Numbered from the whole stretch's first letter, positions 11,735-24,201 are shown. The stretch: DNA of 63,688 nt, filler included, from Globobulimina sp. (GCA_003354225.1; 48 parts of 48 records of this genome joined end to end with filler, not necessarily neighbours in it); one strand, 5' to 3'. Notes: generated by a model not told the origin, from the letters alone. Program-made: numbers and translations.

Positions 11735-12268
11735 TATGGTGAGAATGAACGTGTGATGGTAAACCAGGATCCGTGCATGGATTCAAGTTCCGGAATATCC
11801 TGACTCATAAGTTCAAGACCCTCCAGGTTTTTCAGGATAGCTATGGAGTTCCATTCCCGGGAGAGGAGCANNNNNNNNNNNNNNNNNNNNNNNNNNNNNN
11901 NNNNNNNNNNNNNNTTAATTAATTAANNNNNNNNNNNNNNNNNNNNNNNNNNNNNNNNNNNNNNNNNNNNCTCCTTTTTATTTTTTAAAGTTGTCTTTAT
12001 TAAGAGCAAAATGGATGCCGAAATGGTCAGGACGGGCAAATTATTGTATAACATTATGATAATACAGAAAAATAATTGTGTTCGTGATGTGTGAGGTGGA
12101 ATTTTATGCGATGCAGTGGGGTGTTGGAAAAAACAACAGCCAGATCGTGAAGACATGGCTGTTGTTCGGTGAAATTGACTTTTTTAGATGTTAATTCAAT
12201 TTGTTAAAAAGTGTTGAATATTTCGGCAGTGGAATCTTATTTTCCTACACAAGGGAGGAGTACCCATG

Positions 12269-12551
12269 AATATCAAAAATTCCAAAAAACAAGCACCAAA
12301 TTACAAATAAATATCAAAAACCAAATCATAAATTTCAAACAAAACTAAGAAAACCAATATTGAAGTGAATATTATTTGGGACCTTGTGTAATTAGTAATT
12401 GGAATATTGTTTGTCATTTGTTTTTTAACATCGAACATCGAACGTCCAACTCGGAACATCGAATGCGGAAGGCGCTTCACTTTGTCATTTTTTATAAATG
12501 ATAGAATACATTATTGGAAGTTCGACGTTGGAAGTTGAATGTTGGACGTTC
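12269..12551. repeat. Two adjacent heptamer-built inverted-repeat elements in bacterial intergenic DNA
   Basis: Arms 12269-12340 / 12373-12426 (aaatatc/aaattcc-type units) and 12427-12465 / 12514-12551 (aacatcg-type units). Confidence 0.7.
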
Positions 12552-12552
12552 A

Positions 12553-12593
12553 TTTTTTCTCGTTCCCACGTAGGAGCAAGGGAACGAGAAAAA
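12553..12593. terminator. REP-like hairpin / bidirectional terminator
   Basis: ttttttctcgttccc-N12-gggaacgagaaaaa, ~30 nt after the SPFH stop. Confidence 0.6.
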
Positions 12594-12622
12594 ATAATTT
12601 AGCGCTTATGCCCCCCGTTCTC

Positions 12623-13200
12623 TTACTTCGTAGAGAGGTTCTTTATCCCCATTGTATTAATAATGTCGTTGATATTTGTGGTTTTCAAATTCATACCCCC
12701 TTCGGAAACAGGCAGCAGAACAATTTTTTTGCCCTGGAGGGCTTCTGCAATCCGCAGTTTCACAAGAGCCTCACCGCCGGCACTTGCCATGGCCTTGTTC
12801 ATTTCCGTAATGCCTTTGGCTGAGGCAATACCTTCGGCCTTTATAGCTTTTGCAAGGAGCCCCTGTTTTTCAAAATAGGCATCCACTTTAATTTTTGCCT
12901 TCATGAACTCGCCGTCAACATCGGCGACCATTTTGTTGACATCACCTTTTGCCTCTTCAAGTTTGCGCTTATATTCCTCGGTAGTGGCATGCTGTGCAGA
13001 CTTGTTTTTTTCAACTCTCTGGTCAGCCACTTTTTTATCCTCAATAGCCTTTTGATATTTTTTATTAAAACGATAGTCCTTGGTCAGCACCTTTTCCACA
13101 ATGATTCCCATGGGATCAAACATTTCCTGGAGTATTTTTTTCGCCCGCAGTGCCTGGGTTTCCCGCGGATCCCCCAAATAGAATTCTTCAGTTTTAAGCT
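12623..13200 (-). CDS. Bacterial SPFH/band-7 domain protein, C-terminal part
   Basis: GIIVEKVLTKDYRF..YQKAIEDKKVADQ, Ala/Glu coiled coil, typical SPFH tail. Confidence 0.8.
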
Positions 13201-13506
13201 NNNNNNNNNNNNNNNNNNNNNNNNNNNNNNNNNNNNNNNNNNNNTTAATTAATTAANNNNNNNNNNNNNNNNNNNNNNNNNNNNNNNNNNNNNNNNNNNN
13301 TGCAACGTTAATCGCATAAACGCATAAAAAACAAAAATAAACATTGCCGAGGTGTTCGATAAGATCATGAAAAAAAGCAAAAACTTTTCAAACAGCGGGA
13401 AATTTGCAGTACATATCGGAAAGCCCTAATTCGCCATTTAGAATGTGGATATACCAAAAACCCAAAAGCATCACTGTATATAACAAAATAAATTAATACG
13501 AATTAG

Positions 13507-14529
13507 GTGAAATTAATGGATGGAAGTGAAGGGATTGTACGTTATATTGGAGGTATTATGGGTAAGAAAGGTGTCTTTTATGGGATTGATTTAACAAAAG
13601 GTGATGCAAAAAACAAGGGTAGCTTTGAAGGAATCGAATATTTCCAAACAAAAAAAGGCACCGTAACTGGCAGATTTGTGACTGCCAATAAAATTAAAAC
13701 ATGGTCAAAAACAAAATACGCAAAATACCCCTTCAAGTTGAATGAAACCGTATTTTGTAAAAAAACAAATTGTAACGGCGTGATAAAATATGTTGGAGTT
13801 CCACCCTGGACCAAAAATAATGCGCTCGTATATTATGGATTAGAATTAGCGGAAAAAAAGGGAAACAGCAACGGGATGATGAAAAAAACTGCATATTTTA
13901 AGACAAAAAAACAATTTGGAATATATGTGCCATTCACAGAGATTGTTGCCATTAAAAACAATAAAAAAGCAAAGAAAAAAAAGAAATGCACAAAAGCAAA
14001 GAAGAAAAAGAAGAAAAAACATAAATATGTGCCTTCGAATGATATAGATATTGATGTTGATTATGAATGGAATGTTAAACCAAACGTAGCAGTGACGGAA
14101 AACGAATGGGACGATATATTTGACAGTGATATTGATGTTGAATATGACTGGAATAATAATTGTACGGAGGAAGTATCGGATGATGAGGCCTTTGATTTGG
14201 ATTTTTTGGATATTCCACATTACGGAGATATGAGTGAACAGGAAAGGTTGTCCGGCATTTTTCGAATAAATATTAGTACGAATGAGTTTATATTAAAGGT
14301 GCCGGATGGGAATGATTCACCGCTATCTATTTTATCAGAGCATGATTATATTGATGGGAATGAGAATAAAAATGAAGAGGAATTAATGGATATTGATGTT
14401 GGTATGAAACAGATTGATGATGCTCTTGGGAAATATTATGAATCTTTTGGACGTTTTGATTATTATAATAATGAGAGTGGGAATGTTAAGAGTATATTTA
14501 TGCGGTATTGTGAGAATAATGATATAATA
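13507..14529 (+). CDS. Tandem CAP-Gly domain protein (partial)
   Basis: GIVRYIG...FYGIDL..GDAKNKGSFEGIEYF and GVIKYVG...YYGLEL..KGNSNG. Confidence 0.88.
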
Positions 14530-14838
14530 NNNNNNNNNNNNNNNNNNNNNNNNNNNNNNNNNNNNNNNNNNNNTTAATTAATTAANNNNNNNNNNNNNNN
14601 NNNNNNNNNNNNNNNNNNNNNNNNNNNNNATTAAACGCGGGGGCGAGTTAATGCTATCCCCGGAATCGGAGATCGAGGCCTACGCGGTCGGACTTTGGAG
14701 AAAGAGCATACAGGACGAACTAGGTCCAGACATGCCGCCGATCCATATCGATAATAAATTTTTACCACCACAAGCCACGGTCGCACCATGCGCGCCGAGC
14801 GCAATACCACCACAACGATAACCAACGGGAGAACCCAC

Positions 14839-15342
14839 ATGTCAGACAAAAAAATAACTGAGCAAATCGAGGCACTTTTAAAAGACGAAATGCTAAAAAA
14901 TACCCTTGTCCCGGCAGCACTGCAGGACATGCTCGACGCCTTGGACAGTAACGAAATAGTTATCAAGGACCAAGAAGAAACGATCGAGGCCTTGAACAAA
15001 AAAGAGAAAAACCTCCGGGAAGAATACCAAGGCGTTAAAGCTGCGCGCGACGACTATCAGGTCGAATTAACCGAACTTAAGAACCGCATTGAAGACCTAG
15101 AGGCGCGCGAGTTAGCATGCTCTAGGACCGAGATCGAGAACATGTTCGAGAGGCGACGCGGGGACGAGTTCAAGGAATTAATGCACGCCACCGTTAGGAA
15201 CCCAATCGTCAAGCGTCAAATTATGGGCGGCATGGACTCGGTTATGAAAGATGGATACACAGACAGTAACGGCCTGTATCAACAGCCGCGATCCGAGACG
15301 GTTAGCAAAGGAACCACCGACGAAACCGAGACGGTCGAGTAA
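14839..15342 (+). CDS. Phage-like coiled-coil protein
   Basis: GGAG RBS before ATG 14839; TAATG overlap with the next gene. Confidence 0.7.
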   Translation: MSDKKITEQIEALLKDEMLKNTLVPAALQDMLDALDSNEIVIKDQEETIEALNKKEKNLREEYQGVKAARDDYQVELTELKNRIEDLEARELACSRTEIENMFERRRGDEFKELMHATVRNPIVKRQIMGGMDSVMKDGYTDSNGLYQQPRSETVSKGTTDETETVE

Positions 15343-15626
15343 TGTCGGCCTCGTTCGGATGCAAATGTGGCGAGCGTAAAAAGCCACTAGCGCGGCGGAA
15401 TTGGGTTATCTCTCAATATTGCTGCAACCATAGCGCCTTCAATGGTTACCACAGGACGCCGTCGGATTACTCGACGGTCTATTGTAGAACCCCGAAGTGT
15501 TACCACGGGGGCCGAACGAAAGCGAATTATGTTCACGAGCTTTGGATCCTGCAAGGCAGGCAAGAAGCGGAACCGGGGGGAGCAGTCCCCAGAGATAAAA
15601 CAGAACCCGAATGGTGGTTAAAATGA
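15342..15626 (+). CDS. Small Cys/His-rich (putative Zn-binding) phage-like protein
   Basis: CKC...CCNHSAFNGY...SDYSTVYC...C; translationally coupled on both sides. Confidence 0.65.
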   Translation: MSASFGCKCGERKKPLARRNWVISQYCCNHSAFNGYHRTPSDYSTVYCRTPKCYHGGRTKANYVHELWILQGRQEAEPGGAVPRDKTEPEWWLK

Positions 15627-15858
15627 ACCCAGATACAACAAGATTATACAGCCCGGAAGAATACGAGGAGATGCAAAAACAACTCCCGGACATGGCCGAT
15701 AAGATGATGGAAGTCGAGCCGGAGGAAGTTCCGGAGGTAAAAAAATTGTCTTATAAAAACCGTAAGGGATTTATGCGGAACAAGCCGTGCCCCTGTGGAA
15801 GTGGCAAGAAATTTAAAAAATGCCACTGGACGCAATACGGCGAATATCTGAAACAGAA
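15623..15858 (+). CDS. SEC-C motif small protein (partial)
   Basis: RNKPCPCGSGKKFKKCH; ATGA overlap with the upstream gene. Confidence 0.85.
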
Positions 15859-16004
15859 NNNNNNNNNNNNNNNNNNNNNNNNNNNNNNNNNNNNNNNNNN
15901 NNTTAATTAATTAANNNNNNNNNNNNNNNNNNNNNNNNNNNNNNNNNNNNNNNNNNNNACGAAAAACAAAAAAAGAAATAATAATGATTATATTTAATCT
16001 ACCT

Positions 16005-17187
16005 TCATTCCACCATCTCGTCTGTTCCATGAGTTACATCATTGTTTTTTCCAATATGCTCAACATTTGTTAACTTAGAACTTTCATGTGATATCTCCTC
16101 ACGTTTCTCATCATCATCATCTTGTTCGAGTGTAGCTAACATTGCAATTATATTTTCTACCGTTACTGCGGGCTCTTCGTCAAAGGACTGCAAATCTGCC
16201 ATTTCTAATTCATTTTCAACATGTTCTTCCGCCTCATCCTCGTTCACATTCGCATACACTTCTTCTTCTTCAGCTAATGTAACTGCGGTTTCTATCGATA
16301 CTTTTTGATCATCATTCTCAGATTCTTTTTCCACTTCACCTAATATTCCAACCCTAGTTTCTGGCAAAACGATATCATCGTCTTCCTCCGATGCATTTTC
16401 AATGCCGTTTTCAATGTTATTATTTACCTCATCATGACCAATCCCATTTCCATGCTCTTCTTCTTCTAGCAATCCTAATGTACCTCCAGTTTCTGGCAAT
16501 ACTATATTATGTTGGACCTCATACGCATTATATTTCTCATCATCATTGCCATATACTACAGCTTCTATGGGCACATTGTTATCATCAAAAACGGGGATGT
16601 CAAACATTTCTATCTCACCATAGTTTTCATTACGTACTACGGGTACTTTAGGCGTTTCCTTTTTCCTCCTCCAACAAAACGCAGTAACACTTAATAAAAT
16701 GCAACAAAATAATAAAATAAGTGTCCATAAAATGATTGACGTTGCACTTCCAAGACTAAAAAACATTTTATTGAATGCTGGTTTGTTACTTGCTATCACA
16801 GCATTACCGTTGTCAATATTAGCTTGAATTGTTGGTGTATTGGTGGGCTCTGTGCTTGGATTTGATGGATTCAATGAGTGATTTTTGTTTGTTTGAGTGC
16901 CGCAATGTAATTTAGCATAACTATTAATTGAATATGCCGAGAAATTACTATTTTCACATAATGCACTAACATAATCTGATTGTGTTATTGTTATCTGATA
17001 TGTTGTATTCTTACTAATTGTATTAATATCTAAGTTATATTCTGATAGACATTCATCAAATACACCACATAAGTTAGGGATATTACCACCACAATTTGTT
17101 AAAAAATTATAATTGTTATCATAAATCGATATAAATTCAGGTGCAGAATCATAATCAATCTGTTTTTTATCATGCATTTGAATGTAG
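16005..17187 (-). CDS. Type I membrane protein with PT-rich stalk and acidic tail (5' partial)
   Basis: PSTEPTNTPT linker, TM helix IILWTLILLFCCILLSVTAFCW followed by RRKK. Confidence 0.7.
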
Positions 17188-17530
17188 NNNNNNNNNNNNN
17201 NNNNNNNNNNNNNNNNNNNNNNNNNNNNNNNTTAATTAATTAANNNNNNNNNNNNNNNNNNNNNNNNNNNNNNNNNNNNNNNNNNNNTTTTGTGATTTAT
17301 ATGCTTTTTTTACAATTTATAAATTGTATTTTTTTTGTACCGGGCGCTTTTCACCACATATGGTGGAAATAAACATGTACACATTCACCTTTTTTAAACT
17401 GCTGAATCACAATCACTAAATTTGCTGGTGTGTAGTACTTATTTTGTAATATTCTTTCAAACCACAGAAAACTGTACGTTTCCGTCAGCCAGATTTTTAA
17501 AAGCAAAAAGTCAATTTGAACTACAAAAGA

Positions 17531-18259
17531 TTATTTGAGAAATTGTAAGGCAGCATTAAAAACATCATGTTTTGTCATATTTTCATCAATATCAATTTGA
17601 TATGTATTATGTTCATCTTTTTGTTTGCTGTCAAATCCATTTCGATAGATTTGTGCAGATGCTTTTACTTGCTCAAAGGTCTCAGTTGATCCTATATCTT
17701 TTAAAAATTCATCCACAGTTTTTCCATTTGCAGCCGCTGCATCATAATATCTACCAATAGCACGTTGTGATGTCACTTCAACTTTAGTGTTAAGTATAAT
17801 AAATGTGACATTCTCAAACCTATTTCGTACATAATTGCGAACAGAACTTTGATATATTGCATGAGTAACAATGATATTTTTATTAGAATATTTTGATTTT
17901 GCATTTTTAATATCTTGTATTAAAATATCTAAAAATGGAGTCCAAATGGATAAATCCGGTGTTTCATTTTTAAACAATGCACTAAATCCTTGACTCACTA
18001 ATTCACATGCACTCGCTAATTGTTTTGATCTCATTTTTTGTTTTGCATCACTGCTTGAGGTTGGCAAGTTTCCTGCATCCTTTATTGGATCACCACCAAG
18101 CAATAATTGATCTGCGTCAAAATGAACACAATCATCTCGTGTTTTAAACATTTCACCACATGTGGTTTTTCCCGCTGCAGATGGTCCTGTTATCCAAATT
18201 ATTTTGTTTGAAGATTCAAAGATATTAATAAGCTCGTTTATTGCTTGCAAACAAGCCAT
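17531..18259 (-). CDS. P-loop kinase (gluconokinase/AAA_33-like)
   Basis: ITGPSAAGKTT, HFDADQL. Confidence 0.8.
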   Translation of the reverse strand: MACLQAINELINIFESSNKIIWITGPSAAGKTTCGEMFKTRDDCVHFDADQLLLGGDPIKDAGNLPTSSSDAKQKMRSKQLASACELVSQGFSALFKNETPDLSIWTPFLDILIQDIKNAKSKYSNKNIIVTHAIYQSSVRNYVRNRFENVTFIILNTKVEVTSQRAIGRYYDAAAANGKTVDEFLKDIGSTETFEQVKASAQIYRNGFDSKQKDEHNTYQIDIDENMTKHDVFNAALQFLK

Positions 18260-18675
18260 GATTGAACAGTTTTCTCTGATGCAGCCTCAACCTTTGCTTT
18301 TTAAGGAATGGCAACCTTTGCTTTTTATTTGTTGGTGGTTCATTTAGTGAGAAACGCATATGGATATCAAGCAGCATTTGCATTTACTTACACGGATGAC
18401 AAACAAAATCAAGATTGGTATGAAATAGTAACATCACAAAATTACAAAGCTATCTATGTCTATGCAGGTGATGTAGAGACATATTGTAGAGGCGTCCAAG
18501 AAAGCAAACCATCCACNNNNNNNNNNNNNNNNNNNNNNNNNNNNNNNNNNNNNNNNNNNNTTAATTAATTAANNNNNNNNNNNNNNNNNNNNNNNNNNNN
18601 NNNNNNNNNNNNNNNNAAAGAAAAGTGCCTGTACTGCCGAAGGAGAGAAAAAAGAAAATATGGTTGTATTTTAAT

Positions 18676-19845
18676 CTATATCCCATCGGAATTGGTAGAG
18701 AAGCAGTTGTGCAAAAAAGCCGTGTGATGCTGGTTTAGCATCTTATCCAAACGCGAATAAAACTGTTGTTCCGACTTTGCTTTCTTCACTTTACGACGAT
18801 GCGAACTGTTATTTTCTTCCACATCGTCGCTAATCTCCGCGTCCTTTTCCATTGCGCTTATTTTGTTATTATTCACCGTCGGCGCAAATAAGTACGACGC
18901 CATACTTATTTCCTTGTCCTTATCCTCTGCCACGGCTATTTTTTCCTCTTTTTCTGCCTTTTTGGCTTTTTTCTTCGCTCTCACCCTCTGTTTTAAGACT
19001 TGCGTGTTGAGCTTCAATTGTTGAGATAATAACAACTGTTGCTGTCCGCGACGCAATTTGATACTTTCCGGGGTGTACAATTCAAAGTATTTAAAGCCGA
19101 ACACACCAATCCGTAACAATCCAATCGTAGCGCGCCGTGTATACAGTTTCAATTTTTTCAACTCCTGCTTCTGTCCAATGAGCGAAGACTCCACAAAGCG
19201 GTACAATGAGCGACAAGGTATCAACTGCGGACACGGCGACGTGTCCGATTTGGATAAAATGGTGCAAGTATACGGCAGATTTGTGCTCAATGGTTCCGAA
19301 TAGAACCAATCAATGTGAATCATATGCGAATGAAACAGCGTCTGTGCCAACTCATTGCCTTCCTTATTCTCCTCCGTCTGTGCAAAATCCACATAAATAA
19401 TGGGCTTCCCGCTCGTTGCACTCACTTTGGAGCCAAATGCGGCCCCTTTATCCTCAACGAATCGCCTCCGCGAATCCATATATTCCGCCTCTCCTTTAAA
19501 TGGATCAAACGAGGTCGTTGTTAATATAATGTACGGTCGCGAATAGCGGTTATATTCCATGGATGTTATCAATGTGTTGACCGAAGGAGCGGTAAAAAAC
19601 AATCGCTGCAAACACGTGGTTACATTATCAATGAACGAGAATATGCTCACAATGTTGACATTGTATCCAATGCATTTACTGGCAGTGGCAAAGAAATATT
19701 TATTTTGCTGATTTGGGAAATTCAAACTCGATTTGTTGTCAATGGACGTCTGTAACATGATGCAATGTATAAATATCTCCGTGTACTCCACATCGCGTCC
19801 ATTGTTGCCATCGAATTGGCGCACACATTGCGACAAAAACGCATG
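18676..19845 (-). CDS. Eukaryotic hypothetical protein (partial)
   Basis: 386 aa ORF with no motif I recognise. Confidence 0.55.
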   Translation of the reverse strand, partial: HAFLSQCVRQFDGNNGRDVEYTEIFIHCIMLQTSIDNKSSLNFPNQQNKYFFATASKCIGYNVNIVSIFSFIDNVTTCLQRLFFTAPSVNTLITSMEYNRYSRPYIILTTTSFDPFKGEAEYMDSRRRFVEDKGAAFGSKVSATSGKPIIYVDFAQTEENKEGNELAQTLFHSHMIHIDWFYSEPLSTNLPYTCTILSKSDTSPCPQLIPCRSLYRFVESSLIGQKQELKKLKLYTRRATIGLLRIGVFGFKYFELYTPESIKLRRGQQQLLLSQQLKLNTQVLKQRVRAKKKAKKAEKEEKIAVAEDKDKEISMASYLFAPTVNNNKISAMEKDAEISDDVEENNSSHRRKVKKAKSEQQFYSRLDKMLNQHHTAFLHNCFSTNSDGI

Positions 19846-20063
19846 NNNNNNNNNNNNNNNNNNNNNNNNNNNNNNNNNNNNNNNNNNNNTTAATTAATTA
19901 ANNNNNNNNNNNNNNNNNNNNNNNNNNNNNNNNNNNNNNNNNNNNTCTGTTTGGCCGAGTCGTCCAACCTTAAAAAGGGGGAAGACACTCAAGCTTGATA
20001 CAATCAGTGCTACTGTAGAAAGTTATTGCAAAGAACAAAGGAAAAGGGTTTAGAGAGTGAAAG

Positions 20064-21174
20064 ATGGATCACCCTAGTATGGAAGATTTGGGATCGGATG
20101 AAGGTGAGGATCAACAGTCAAATGTCTATAATACACCAACAGAACAGTCCCTCTCAGACGGGACGGACGCACCATTGGACCCAGAAATTTATGATGAAGT
20201 TATGATTGAAAATCGTCTACCATCGGGTGGAAGTCCGAGTACAGATGAGCAAAGCTCTCCTCGACAGCGTGCACCACCCATGGCAAGAGAAGCTCGAATT
20301 TTACAAGAAGAAAATGCTGTCAGAGACGAACATGACCGTCAACGTGAACTAATGGCAGAAAGGAAACGAAATCAATCACTTCAAGTAGAAGAAATTCCGT
20401 CAGATGAACATATCGACCCTTCAGAATTGGGTGAAGAATCCGAAGTTATAATTGAAGAGCCAGTCGTTACACAAGAAGAGCATCAACTTCTACAGGCTCA
20501 AGTTCGACGTTTGCAAGCACAAAAACAAGCCCAACTCGAACAAATCAATTTATTAACGGGTACGGTAGCTTTTCGCCAAGATGAAATCGATAAAAGTCGA
20601 CGAGAAATTCGTGATGCTTCAAGAATGCTCGACAATCGTCAAAATCAGATAGATGACAATGCACAAGAAATTCAAAAATTGCGTGAACGGGTACAACGTA
20701 GAACTGAACGTTTAGTACAAGAAGAGCAACGTCGTCGGGAAAGTATACAACGTCAAGCAGAGGAAACCGAACGTCAAAGTCGATTAGAATGGCGTATTCA
20801 ACAATTAGAACAACAGAAGGTTGAAAACGAACTACAAATCGGACACCTCTCTGAAGCCGCTGTGACCGGCCGCGATCGAGAGCGACGTGCAATTGAAACT
20901 GAACGCACAAAAGCCTATGAAGCTTGTCATCGTCATGAAGAAGAATTGAAAACTCGATATGAGCAACAGTTGGAAGTATCACGCCGAAATATGAATGCAT
21001 TAAAAAGACAGCATCAAGAACAAACTGAAGAAGAACGAATTCGTTACCAGCAATTAATTGAACGAGAATATGACGAACGACGTGCTGAAGAGCAAAAACT
21101 GGCTGACAAAATAGCTCAACTCTATGGAGCAGAAGAACAGTTGGAAGCCATTTATGCTAAAATGACTGGAATGG
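20064..21174 (+). CDS. Long coiled-coil protein, possibly a retrotransposon gag N-terminus
   Basis: Acidic disordered start then an E/Q/R-rich coil; intronless. Confidence 0.5.
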
Positions 21175-21274
21175 NNNNNNNNNNNNNNNNNNNNNNNNNN
21201 NNNNNNNNNNNNNNNNNNTTAATTAATTAANNNNNNNNNNNNNNNNNNNNNNNNNNNNNNNNNNNNNNNNNNNN

Positions 21275-22503
21275 CATAGAAACAAGTATTGCAGATTTAA
21301 AATACATTTTGTCAATCATAAAAGACAATGAAAATACGGCTCATCCAACAAAAACAAAAGTTGAGAGTGAAAAAGGGCCAACAGTCGAAATTAAAAGTCA
21401 GCCTTCTCCAACAAAAACAAAAGTTGAGAGTGAAAAAGAGCGAACATCAAGTGATATAACATTACCTTCTGAGAATGAACCAAGACATGGTATTCAAGAA
21501 GATGAGATATGTAGCCATGAGATGGGACTAAAAACAAAAAGTTCCCCAGAGGTTACAAGTCCCTTTGAGTTTGAATCAAAAACAAAAGATTCTCCAAAGG
21601 TTTCCAATATGACTCGTGAACCACCAAATACTGATCCGAGTCAAGCATCCTCATTTTTTGAATTCATAAAATATATCGAACAAAACTGTCGAGAGGATGA
21701 TCGAAAATGTGAACAAATTCATAGAGAGGAAATGCAAATGCAAAGAGAAGATAGTAATCGACAGGTACATATATTACGAGAAGAATTACAGGCACAACGT
21801 ATTCAAGCAAATAGAAATTTTGAGATACAACAACAGAACTTAAGTGAAGGCAGTCAAAGTAAAAATGGCAAAAACATTGTAAAATTACCTAAATTATCGA
21901 TTCAACCATTTTACGGTGATATTTTACGTTGGCCAGAATTTTGGGACACTTATAATTCTTCCATACATACAAATGAAGGATTAAATGACATCGATAAATT
22001 AAATTATTTTAAAAGTTTCCTTCGAGGCAGTGCGTTACATTTGTTAGACGGTTTACAAATTTCCGAATCTAACTACAAAGTTGCCGTTGATCTAGTAACA
22101 GAAAGATACGGTAGTAAAAAGGTTATTAGAAATACACATACACAGAAAATGATGAATTTGCCTAATGTAACAGATGCTCCAGGTCAATTGGAAAGGTTCT
22201 ACAGTCAAGTAGAAGGACATTTGCGCAGTTTGGAAACATATCGTCAAAATGTCACAGATAATCCATTCATAATAGAGATTATAATGTCAAAATTGCCTGA
22301 GAATATGCGTGATAAGATACAAAGTGGTATAAAAGACCTCGAAGATAAAGAGGCATTGACATATATATTGAATAAATTAAAGGATAAAATAAAAGTCAAT
22401 CAAATGTCAGAAACTGCGAAAAATAATAACAGTAAACCAGTATACGATTCGCCCAAATATAAAGTTGAACAAAAGTATCATTTGGAAGCTAGTAAACCGA
22501 CAT
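21275..22503 (+). mobile_element. Bel/Pao LTR retrotransposon gag (DUF1759)
   Basis: VKLPKLSIQPFYGDILRWPEFWDTY..SIH...LNDIDKLNYFKSFLRGSA...NYKVAVDLVTERYG...IMSKLP. Confidence 0.9.
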
Positions 22504-22603
22504 NNNNNNNNNNNNNNNNNNNNNNNNNNNNNNNNNNNNNNNNNNNNTTAATTAATTAANNNNNNNNNNNNNNNNNNNNNNNNNNNNNNNNNNNNNNNNN
22601 NNN

Positions 22604-22852
22604 AAATCGTTATCGCAAATTGAAATTGCAGCAAAATATTTACAAAAATATAAGAAAGATTTTCTAATTATACACGTTGGCGGGATTAGTAATAATGCGG
22701 ATGTTAGGAAAAGTAGAGCGAGCGGTGCACATTTACGTGAATGGTATACGGGCTTAATGCATAATATAGCAACATTGCCTATAAATAAAGTTTATGATCA
22801 AGTGACAAAAAATCAGAAACAAAATACTTATGCGCTTTCTGCAGAAAAATAA
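22604..22852 (+). CDS. Dihydroorotate dehydrogenase-like FMN barrel, C-terminus
   Basis: Manual translation IIHVGGISNNADVRKSRASGAHLREWYTGL. Confidence 0.6.
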   Translation, partial: KSLSQIEIAAKYLQKYKKDFLIIHVGGISNNADVRKSRASGAHLREWYTGLMHNIATLPINKVYDQVTKNQKQNTYALSAEK

Positions 22853-23189
22853 GACTAATTATATACTTTGCCTCTTTTGTATATTGATATTATTACTGCT
22901 CAACTCAACTCGTTCAATATCTTATACATACTACCAATAAATGCCATGGTGTTTTTCTTTGTACCTAACGCCACTGATAAACCCGCTGCTTCTCTTCCTG
23001 ATGAAGTTGTTGTTGAATAATCAAAATGAAATATATGATTTAGTATCTCCGATGCAAATTGTATACGCAAAATAATATTCATCTCTTTGTGGTGTAGATG
23101 TGAAATTTAACCATCTAAACTAATTCCTAGCAAACAATAACGTAAGAATTGCCATGATCTGCGTATACAAAAGAGTCAGAAAAAGTTTT

Positions 23190-23832
23190 TTATAAATCAA
23201 ATGCAAGTTGATTGTCATTTTTCCATCGTTCACTCTTCCACATTATGGAACCTTGATAATTAGTATCATTCTCACAATTAGGCACTGGATAATGAATTTG
23301 ACTGCGCAAATATTGAAGAATAGTACCATTCTGAAACGCAGCGCCATTATTGCCACCAACATGCATTTTAAACACAGCGGGATTTTCTCGATCAATATGT
23401 TTTTGCATTTCATCATCAATCTTATCCCCCCACTGCCTCATAATTGACATTGGTCCGCCCTCAATTCTTTCCCCTCTCTCGTCCACCCCTCGATACATTG
23501 GAATCAAATTCCATTTTTGTTTGAATATATGGTCAGAATGATATAAATTAGTGAATAAATCTTGAACCCAAAAATAAGGTAACACAGATTCAGATTTCGA
23601 GATCATTCTGTTTCTCCACAAATTGATGACTTTTTCATACCATTTTGCAATAATATAACTGTCATTATGTGCCACTAACATCCACGATGCAACTTGTGGC
23701 CCTTTTTTCTCTCGAAATATCTCGCCTGAGGCAGCCAGAGTAAATGCAAAAACTTTGTCTGTCGAAGACAAATTATGTGGAACATATTGATACAGCCAAG
23801 AATCCACAGCATTATAACACAAAACATCTCCA
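23190..23832 (-). CDS. Capsular polysaccharide synthesis-type glycosyltransferase (partial)
   Basis: ASWMLVA..SYIIAKW...W...YFWVQDLF..L...D..FKQKW. Confidence 0.75.
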
Positions 23833-24201
23833 NNNNNNNNNNNNNNNNNNNNNNNNNNNNNNNNNNNNNNNNNNNNTTAATTAATTAANNNNNNNNNNNN
23901 NNNNNNNNNNNNNNNNNNNNNNNNNNNNNNNNAATCATCGCATAAATTATAAACCGGCGCCCTTAAAAAAGACAGCGAGGGAATTATCGCGGAGAGAGAC
24001 TTTGTCTCTGTCGCAGTTATCGAAGGAGAAGGAAAAGGAGAATGGAAAAGGCGCCAAACGCAAATCGCCGTCGTCGTCGTTTATGCGCATATTTTCTACA
24101 AAGAAAGAGCGCGAACACAAAGAGTCTGAGAACAAAGCGGAAGAATGGCGGCGTGTGCACGAGATTGTGATTTCCAACCTGTTGTATAAATATAGTGATG
24201 A

